Under the pieces are notes generated by a model, which searched no databases, was not told where the DNA came from, and worked only from the letters and a program-made list of their open reading frames with translations. A DNA stretch of 41,302 nucleotides from positions 62,001 through 103,302 of the forward strand of contig JAXLQJ010000024.1 of the NCBI GenBank assembly GCA_046331705.1, read 5' to 3'. The translations under genes and the position numbers were made by a program. Source of the stretch: a bacterium. Its GTDB lineage: Bacteria > JADJOY01. Numbering within the stretch: the first letter of the stretch is position 1; each line of letters opens with the position of its first letter. Shown piece after piece: positions 34,749 to 41,302 of the stretch.

Positions 34749-35804
34749 TCACTTGCCCGCTTGGCGCAGCGTCGCGAGGCCCTTCTCGATCTGCGCGTAG
34801 AGCGCCTTCTCGCCGCCGCTCGCCTTGGCGAGGTACGCCGCCCGTCCCGTGGCCGCGGCCTTCTCGAACTGCGCCAGCTCGTCGCGGGTGGGGGCGTAGA
34901 CCTGAATCCCCATGGGCCCGAAATTCTCGACCAGGAGCGGGTTGAGAGCGCGGATCTCCTTGCGCATCCGCTGCATCAAGCCGGCGCGCGGCGCGAGCAG
35001 CGCGCTCTTGCTCTTGGCATCCAGCGCGTCGAACCACGCCGCGTTGAAGACGATCGCCGCTGCTTGATAGATGTGATTCGTGAGGCTGTAGAACTTGGTG
35101 CCGCTGGTCCACTGCGCGGCTTGCGAGAAGAGCGGTGTGTTGTCGTAGCCATCGATCACGCCGGTCTGCAGCGAGGTCAGCACCTCGGTGACGGCGATCG
35201 GCACCGGCGACGCGCCGAACGCCCGGTACATCTCGAGGTGCACCGGCGACTCCTGGCTGCGCATCTTGTGGCCCTTGAGATCCGCGGGCGTCTTCACGAA
35301 GCCGAAATTGGTCCCGAACGAGCGGTAGCCGTTCTCGCTCCAGAACCCGAGCACGAGCCCGCGGTCGCGGAACGCCTTCTCGAGCGTCGCGAGCGCCACC
35401 TCGTCGAGGATCCGATCCGCTTCCTCGGGCGTGCGGAAGAGATACGGCATCTCGAGCACGGCGAGCTCCGGGACGATCGACGAGAGCGCCGCGGTGGACG
35501 CTCCGACCGCCTGGATCTGGCCGCGCGCGCACGCCTGCACCGACTCGTTCTCGTCGCCGAGCGCTCCACCCAGGAAGACCCGCGCCTTCACCGCCCCGCC
35601 GGTATCGGCCTCGATCTGCTTGCGATACTCCTCGAGCCCCTCGGACCAAGGCGTGCCCTCGGGCGCCACCGTGGCGATCTTCATGGTCGCGCCCGCCGCT
35701 TCTTGCGCCGCGGCGCGCCCGGCCGACAGCGTGAGCAGGGCGCCGATCGCGACGAGCATCGGCCAGGGGCTGCGCGACGGGCCACCGTTTCGCGGCGAAC
35801 GCAT
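34749..35804 (-). CDS. dctP: TRAP substrate-binding protein (TatP-type DctP)
   Basis: MKIATVAPEGTPW, GGALGDE, ENGYR, DLKGHKMR, TSLQTGVIDG; ATG 35804 overlaps the tatT stop (TGATG). Confidence 0.93.
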   Translation of the reverse strand: MRSPRNGGPSRSPWPMLVAIGALLTLSAGRAAAQEAAGATMKIATVAPEGTPWSEGLEEYRKQIEADTGGAVKARVFLGGALGDENESVQACARGQIQAVGASTAALSSIVPELAVLEMPYLFRTPEEADRILDEVALATLEKAFRDRGLVLGFWSENGYRSFGTNFGFVKTPADLKGHKMRSQESPVHLEMYRAFGASPVPIAVTEVLTSLQTGVIDGYDNTPLFSQAAQWTSGTKFYSLTNHIYQAAAIVFNAAWFDALDAKSKSALLAPRAGLMQRMRKEIRALNPLLVENFGPMGIQVYAPTRDELAQFEKAAATGRAAYLAKASGGEKALYAQIEKGLATLRQAGK

Positions 35805-36700
35805 CAGAAGAGCTCCGCCGCGCGGGCCAGAAGCTTGCGCGCGTTCTCCTGCTCGATCTTCTGCTCGGGCTCGACGTCGGGAAGCACCCGCGGATCGGCG
35901 TTCGCGACCTCGTTCAAGAGCTGCTCGAAGAGCGCCTTGTCTCCCTTCTTGGTGGCGTAGAACTCCGCCATCAGGACCTTGGTACCGAAATAGTTCGGAG
36001 CGAGGGCCAGCGAGCGATCGAATTGCTGCTTCGACTTCGCGAGGTCGCCGCCGGCGAAGCCCGGTGCTTTCGCGTAGTACGTGCCCAGCAGCCGCGGGCC
36101 CGAGCCGTGGAAGAAGCCCTCGTCCACCTCGGCGAGCCGCGACGCGAGCTTGAAGAGCTTTTCCTTGTAGAGCAGCACCTTCTGGATGCCTTGCTCGTTC
36201 GCCTTCCGACCCAGGTTCGCGTAGTACCACTGCAACGCCGGCGCATCGTCCTTGGTGCACGCGCTGAGCGCGTCCGTGTCCTTGCCACCTGCCAGGACCA
36301 GTCGCTTGAACTCGGGGTTGAGCGCCAGCGCGCGCTCTCCGTATTGCGCGCCCGCCTCGTAGGTCGCGAGGCGTGCGTCCTTCTGCGCTTCGCCGAGCAT
36401 GTGCCCGTACGCGAGCAGGTAGTTGGCGCGCGAGAGCTTCGCCAGGATCTCGCGCGCGGTCGGGTCCTGGGCCACCACCTTCTCCCACGCGGCGATCGCG
36501 CGTCGGATCTCGTCCGGGTTCTCGCGTCGCGCCCACGCCTCGTCGCCCTCGCGCACCAGATCGCCGAGCTGGGAGACGTCGGCGGTCTTCGCTGCGCTCA
36601 CGTTGTAAGCGGTCGAGCGGCCCGAACAACCGCCGACCGCGAGAATCGCCGCCGCGCTCAATCCGACGAGCGCCGCGCGCTCGCGTTTGCATCGCACCAT
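35804..36700 (-). CDS. tatT: TRAP transporter TatT-component / TPR lipoprotein
   Basis: Lipobox VGGC; TPR-like helices; DEGFFHGSGPRLLGTYYAKAPGFAGGD; KGDKALFEQLLNEV; first gene of the TRAP operon; SD GGAGG. Confidence 0.82.
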   Translation of the reverse strand: MVRCKRERAALVGLSAAAILAVGGCSGRSTAYNVSAAKTADVSQLGDLVREGDEAWARRENPDEIRRAIAAWEKVVAQDPTAREILAKLSRANYLLAYGHMLGEAQKDARLATYEAGAQYGERALALNPEFKRLVLAGGKDTDALSACTKDDAPALQWYYANLGRKANEQGIQKVLLYKEKLFKLASRLAEVDEGFFHGSGPRLLGTYYAKAPGFAGGDLAKSKQQFDRSLALAPNYFGTKVLMAEFYATKKGDKALFEQLLNEVANADPRVLPDVEPEQKIEQENARKLLARAAELF

Positions 36701-36974
36701 TGGTTTTCCTCCCCGCCCCGGCCGAGGGGCCGCGCATCGTAACCCGAGCCCTCACCACACGCGCAAGGTTTCCGCATCGCGCTTTCCGCATCGCGCCGGC
36801 CATCGAGCGCAGCTCACGTCGCGAGGAGCGCCGCGGCGTGGCACCGCCTGCAGACTCCGCCTGCACTGGAACCGCACGCGTGCGCCGCGCTTGCTGCACG
36901 ACTCGACTCGAAGCTCGGGTTCGTTCGCCGCGCACGGTGCCGGCGATTCACACCGAAACGTGCGGAGAGGCGCC

Positions 36975-39518
36975 ATGCGGAGTGTCTTGGCCCCGCCCCA
37001 GGTCCCAGCCGAGGAGCTCACCCGCCGCCGTGCTCGTCGCGCGGCGATGCTGTGGTGCGTGCTGATGGCGGCGGGATTCGCCGGTCTTCGCTACCTGCTC
37101 GACGCGCGCCCCGAGTTCGTGGGCGCGCCACCGCGTTACCCCACCAGTGTGCTCGTGCAAGAGGCACCGCGGGTGCTGCTGCGCGGCGTGAGCGACGACG
37201 TCTCCGCGGTCGACGAGGTCCATCCCGACACGGCGGACGTGCGCTTCGAGCTCGCCGCGCGCACGGACTCGCGCGGGCTGCGCGTGTTGCAGGAGCTCGC
37301 GGGCACGTTCGAGGCGCGCTTCACGCTGATCAACTCGCGACCGGATCCGGTGTTCGTGCTCCTTCGGATGCCGCACCCGTACGCCGACGGGACGAGCGCC
37401 GTCGGCATGGCCACCAAGGCGGTGCGCCTCGAGGCCGACGGGCCCGGGGTGCGCGAGTCGAGCGCCTCGGCGTGGTATTGGAGCGGGCGGCTCGACCCCG
37501 GCGCGCACCGCGCCCTGGTGGTCGGCTACGAGACGGCCGGCGTCGGCGGCGTGCGCTACGCGCTCGACACCGCACGCGACGCTGCGATCCGGGCGCTGCG
37601 CGTGGCCGTGCGCGTGACCGGCGTCGATCGGCTGGTGTGGGACAGCAAGGGCGGCGGCGGGCACCCGAGCCCCGAGGACGGACCCGAGGCTCGTTCGGTG
37701 ATCTGGGAGCGCAAGGATTTCCTTCCGCCCGACGAGTTTCACGTGGACGTGCCCGAGGGTCGGAGCCTGCACCAGGCGCTCGGCAAGCTCGTGGAGATGG
37801 GCCCGCTCGTGTCGGCGCTCTACTTGGTCACGATCCTGAGCTCGATCGCCGCACGGCGCGCGCTGAGCGCCACGATCGTTCAGACCGTGGCGATCGCGTT
37901 CTTCTTCTATTTCCCGCTGGTGCTCTACCTCAGCGTGCGGATGCGCTTCGGGATCGCCGTCACCCTCGCCGCGGGCATCCCCGGGCTCTTGCTGGCCAAC
38001 TACCTGCGCTGGGTGCTCGGCCCGCGGCGGGGACTCGTCGGTACCGCGCTGGCCGTGGCGATCTTCGAGATCTTTCCGACGCTCGCGGCGTTCGGCGCTT
38101 GGAACCGCGGGCTGGTGCTCTTGATCTGTGGGCTGGTGACGCTGGCGGTGGTGATCGATCTGCAAAACCGCGCGTTTCGCGCGAGCCTCGCCGCAGCGGC
38201 GGCGCCCGCTGCGTCCGCCGCCGCGCCCCTGGTCATCGCGTTCGCGCTGGCGATCCTCGCGAGCCCGGCTCGCGCGGCCGCGCCGTCCGAAGCCTCACCG
38301 GTGACGGTGACGTTGCCGGCGAAGCTGATACCGAGCGACACGGCACGCGTCGGCCCTGCCGAGCCGATGGTGGCGAGCCTCGGCGTGGCGCGTTACGAAG
38401 CGCGCTTCGAAGAACGCTTCGTGGAGGTGCGCGCGACGATCGCGGTGGAGGTGGTGCGCGAAGGTCCACCCGACCGCGTGCTCGTTCCCGCAGGCGTGCC
38501 GATCGTGAGTCGGACGCTGAGCGCCGGCCTCTATCTCGCGCCCGTCGCCGCCGGCCTCGGGCTCGGCGCGCGTGGCACGCCGCGCGGCACGCTGGAGGTC
38601 GTCTATCGCGCGCCGCTGGCGCACGCGGGCGAACGCGTGGAGGTCGAGCTGCCGTTGCTCGTCGACCAGGCCGGAACGTTCGAGGTCAGCGGACCACCCG
38701 TGCGCCTCGACGTGACCCACGGGCTCGTGTGGAGCGCGCGCGTCGACACCGAAGGCCACTGGGCGATCGGAGTCACCGGGCACGACCCGCTCACGCTCGG
38801 CTACGACACGCGTGCCGGCGCCGACGCAGCCGAGCGCGCGGCCGCGCCAGGCGATGTCGCGATCTACGGCATCCGCGTGCTGAACGCGGATCAGCTCACC
38901 GTCCTTCATTCCGACGGAAGCTGCGCGCACTTCGCGGCCTTCGAGCTCGCCGCCGATCATCCCGACGTCTTCGAGGTGATGCTGCCCGGCGGCAGCCAGG
39001 TGCTTTCCACCATCGTCGACGGTCGCGAAGCGACGCGCGCGGCGCGCGACGGCGAGCGCTATCGCATTCCCCTCGAGCCGCTCGCGCGGCGCGGCGAGAG
39101 CCGCCTGGTGGCGATCCGTCTCGCGCTGCCGCCGCAGCCGCTCGGCTTCCTGGGCTCGTTCGAGCTCGATCTGCCCCAGCTCGACAGCACCGTCGGGGCC
39201 ATCCGCTGGACGATCGCGCTGCCCACGAGCTTCCACGCGCGGGTGGTGTCGAGCGGCATGGAGGAGCTCGGCGATGCGCCGCCGCTCGACGCGTTCGGCG
39301 ATTACGGTCGCGCGCTCGCGGGCCGGCGCATGATCGCCCTCGGCAAGACGCTCATGCCGGTGAGCCGGGTTCACGCCACCGTGCGCTACTTCCAGCGGGT
39401 GAATGGCGTGAGCGACGATCTGGACGGATCGCTGCCGCGCGCCAACGCCGGGCCCGCAGGCGCGGCACCGTTCCAAGCGCCGTTCTTCACCAGCGCCGCG
39501 CGCGGGCGTTCGAGCTGA
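36975..39518 (+). CDS. Large membrane protein: CreD-like topology (TM, periplasmic domain, about 5 TM) plus beta-rich C-terminal region
   Basis: SD GGAGAGG before ATG 36975; hydropathy pattern and FFYFPLVLYLS...ANYLRWVLG resemble CreD-family inner-membrane proteins (tentative). Confidence 0.55.
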   Translation: MRSVLAPPQVPAEELTRRRARRAAMLWCVLMAAGFAGLRYLLDARPEFVGAPPRYPTSVLVQEAPRVLLRGVSDDVSAVDEVHPDTADVRFELAARTDSRGLRVLQELAGTFEARFTLINSRPDPVFVLLRMPHPYADGTSAVGMATKAVRLEADGPGVRESSASAWYWSGRLDPGAHRALVVGYETAGVGGVRYALDTARDAAIRALRVAVRVTGVDRLVWDSKGGGGHPSPEDGPEARSVIWERKDFLPPDEFHVDVPEGRSLHQALGKLVEMGPLVSALYLVTILSSIAARRALSATIVQTVAIAFFFYFPLVLYLSVRMRFGIAVTLAAGIPGLLLANYLRWVLGPRRGLVGTALAVAIFEIFPTLAAFGAWNRGLVLLICGLVTLAVVIDLQNRAFRASLAAAAAPAASAAAPLVIAFALAILASPARAAAPSEASPVTVTLPAKLIPSDTARVGPAEPMVASLGVARYEARFEERFVEVRATIAVEVVREGPPDRVLVPAGVPIVSRTLSAGLYLAPVAAGLGLGARGTPRGTLEVVYRAPLAHAGERVEVELPLLVDQAGTFEVSGPPVRLDVTHGLVWSARVDTEGHWAIGVTGHDPLTLGYDTRAGADAAERAAAPGDVAIYGIRVLNADQLTVLHSDGSCAHFAAFELAADHPDVFEVMLPGGSQVLSTIVDGREATRAARDGERYRIPLEPLARRGESRLVAIRLALPPQPLGFLGSFELDLPQLDSTVGAIRWTIALPTSFHARVVSSGMEELGDAPPLDAFGDYGRALAGRRMIALGKTLMPVSRVHATVRYFQRVNGVSDDLDGSLPRANAGPAGAAPFQAPFFTSAARGRSS

Positions 39519-39523
39519 CGGAC

Positions 39524-39549
39524 GCGCGGCGGCCGAGCGCCGCGCTTCT
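39524..39549 (+). terminator. Hairpin between convergent genes
   Basis: GCGCGGCG-gccgag-CGCCGCGC followed by TTCT. Confidence 0.4.
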
Positions 39550-39554
39550 GGCGC

Positions 39555-40376
39555 TCAGGCCTTCTTGGGCGCCGCGGGCTTCTTGGCGGCGGCGGGCTTC
39601 TTGGTTGCCGCAGGCTTCTTGGCGGCGGGTGCCGCCTTGGACTTCGCGACCGGGGCGGCTGCTGCGGGCTTCTTGGCGCTCGTGCTCTTGCCCGCCTTGC
39701 GATCCCAATAGCGCCGGATCTCGGTGGCCGCGTCGGGCGTGTCGCTCTCGCCGTCGGGATGGTCGAACTTGACCTTGCCCATGCGACGCGCGGCGGTGAG
39801 CGCGAGCTCGCGCAACCGCGGGTTCCGCGAGCCGATGGCGATGAGCGTCTTGTTCATCGCGTCGCGCGTGAAGTTCGGCGCCGGATGAATGGTCGACTCG
39901 ATGCGCTCGATCTCGCGCGTGAGCTGCGCGTCCGAAAGCACCTGGTCGCGCTGCGCCAGCTCACCCAGGATCATCCAGCCGGCGCGCCCCAGCCACTCGT
40001 CCTTGGAGCGGGTCCACGCGGCGACGCGATCGCGCGCGTGGCGGCTGCGCGCCGCGAGCTTGGTCGCGAAAATGTCGGCCAAGGGGTAATAGCGAATCGC
40101 CGACGCCCAGCGATCGAGATCCGCCGGGCTGATGCGCTGCGGATCGGCGACCAGCGCCGCCAGCATGCGGGCGTCCAGGTTGCCGGTGCGCCAGAGCTCC
40201 AACGCGAGCTCGTGGTTCACCTCGATCTGCTTGCGAAGCTTCTCGAGATCGGCTGGGCTGACGCCGAACAAGGGTTCGGTAGCGCCGCGTTTCCGGAAAA
40301 TGGCGCGATTTTGCTCCGTACCCATCGACCCAAGGGTCTTGAGGATCTGGGCCACGTTCGGCTTCGGCATCCGCAT
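39555..40376 (-). CDS. DNA alkylation repair protein (AlkD-like) with Lys/Ala/Pro-rich tail
   Basis: LFGV...L.KL.KQIEVNHELALELWRTGNLDARMLA, W...DEWLGRAGW, AMNKTLIAIG, GKV..D......PDA; tail of KKPAA repeats; SD GAGGGAG. Confidence 0.88.
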   Translation of the reverse strand: MRMPKPNVAQILKTLGSMGTEQNRAIFRKRGATEPLFGVSPADLEKLRKQIEVNHELALELWRTGNLDARMLAALVADPQRISPADLDRWASAIRYYPLADIFATKLAARSRHARDRVAAWTRSKDEWLGRAGWMILGELAQRDQVLSDAQLTREIERIESTIHPAPNFTRDAMNKTLIAIGSRNPRLRELALTAARRMGKVKFDHPDGESDTPDAATEIRRYWDRKAGKSTSAKKPAAAAPVAKSKAAPAAKKPAATKKPAAAKKPAAPKKA

Positions 40377-40578
40377 CTCTCCCTCGTGAGCGCGTCGTCA
40401 CGGACCGTCACCACGCCGTCACGACGGCGCCCGCCCGCACGGATGAACGAGCGCGGCGAGGGGGTTCGGGTCCGGAGGGCAGAATTGTAGCGCGAAATCG
40501 TGTTTTTGCCCCAACCCCCGCAATTCGGGCACGAGAATTCGGCGCTTCGCGGCGCACTTCGAGGCTGCGCGCGCCGGC

Positions 40579-40923
40579 TCAGGTGGGCGCTGGCGCGAGG
40601 TGAGCGCGCGGGATCCAGCCCTCGTCGCCACGCGCATCGCGCACCCACGCCCAGCCATGAAGCTCGCGATCGACGAGCACCTCGTCGCCGGCTTCGACGG
40701 CGAGCTCGCGCGCGGTGTAGTCGCCGAGCGCGCGCCCACGATCACCGTCGATCGCCAGCACGTCCTCGGGCACCCAGCCCTCCTTGCCATCCGGCGCGGA
40801 GGCCCAGATCCAGCCCGGATACTCGCTGTCGCGGCGCCCCAGACGCAGCTCGTCGCCAGCGCGGAGCGCGATCGGGTCCGCGTAGACCACCTGGTGCGCA
40901 CGGGTGACACGAGCGCGAATCAC
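40579..40923 (-). CDS. Tandem SH3-domain protein
   Basis: YADPIALRAGDEL...GWIW...GKEGWVP and DYTARELAVEAGDEV...GWAW...GDEGWIP; GTG 40923 overlaps the upstream TGA. Confidence 0.85.
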   Translation of the reverse strand: MIRARVTRAHQVVYADPIALRAGDELRLGRRDSEYPGWIWASAPDGKEGWVPEDVLAIDGDRGRALGDYTARELAVEAGDEVLVDRELHGWAWVRDARGDEGWIPRAHLAPAPT

Positions 40924-41302
40924 AGCGCCTCGCGGTAGAGGTCGATGTCGGGATCGAACGTCGACTGGATCTTGGCCACCTCGCTCGCGGCCGACGCGGA
41001 GCAATGCAGCGACTCCTCGAGCACCGCCGCCGTGGCGTAGTTCAGGATGTCCACGCCTCGGCTCCACGCCAGGAACGGATCCCCTGAGTCGCGGGGATCG
41101 TCGCAACCTCGGAACAGCGCCCCCGCGAAGAGACCCACGATTCCCGCGACGTGGTCTTGCTTGATGATGTCGAGGAGATCACGGTTGGGATCGTTGGGAT
41201 CGCGCAGTCCGCACAAGCTCGACCCGACCAGGTGATCCGAGCGCGCGATCAGCACGCTGCGTTTGCGCGGCCGGGCGGCATTCCACTGCGCCTCCTCGCC
41301 GG
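40920..41302 (-). CDS. Hypothetical protein, 5' end outside the window
   Basis: Frame stays open upstream of 41255 to the window edge (GEEAQWNAARPRKRSVLIARSDHL...); GTGA coupling with the SH3 gene. Confidence 0.6.
   Translation of the reverse strand, partial: GEEAQWNAARPRKRSVLIARSDHLVGSSLCGLRDPNDPNRDLLDIIKQDHVAGIVGLFAGALFRGCDDPRDSGDPFLAWSRGVDILNYATAAVLEESLHCSASAASEVAKIQSTFDPDIDLYREAL

Noticed and set aside
1-41302. CRISPR array, tRNA, rRNA, tmRNA, RNase P RNA
   Set aside because: No regularly spaced repeats or hallmark motifs seen by eye; a covariance-model scan would be needed to exclude them fully.

Overview
GC-rich (by eye about 70%) bacterial chromosomal segment, densely coding with about 29 genes. 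The gene content would fit a Myxococcota/Deltaproteobacteria-like organism, which is inference only. I found no rRNA, tRNA, CRISPR array, integrase or transposase. Recognisable genes: DUF3556 membrane protein (partial), phytoene-dehydrogenase-like flavoprotein, CSLREA/choice-of-anchor-Q protein, a four-gene signalling operon, class II DAHP synthase, RlmN, cyclase, lipocalin, FGE-like lipoprotein, CoA-disulfide reductase-rhodanese, O-methyltransferase, TauE, a complete TRAP+TatT (TPAT) transporter, AlkD-like protein, tandem SH3 protein and several secreted or membrane unknowns. Top observations: (1) a stand-alone ETR1-type ethylene-binding-domain protein keeping all seven key ligand-site residues, translationally coupled to a FixL-like PAS histidine kinase and flanked by a REC-GGDEF cyclase and an Rcp1-like receiver, i.e. 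a candidate split gas/alkene receptor feeding c-di-GMP; (2) a 1.8-kb CSLREA gene cassette between 132-bp direct repeats that duplicate the overlapping 3' ends of two convergent genes; (3) an orphan minus-strand transcription unit at about 24290-24530 with an extended -10, a GNRA hairpin, a perfect SD plus 6-codon ORF and a terminator, i.e. a candidate sRNA or micropeptide gene.
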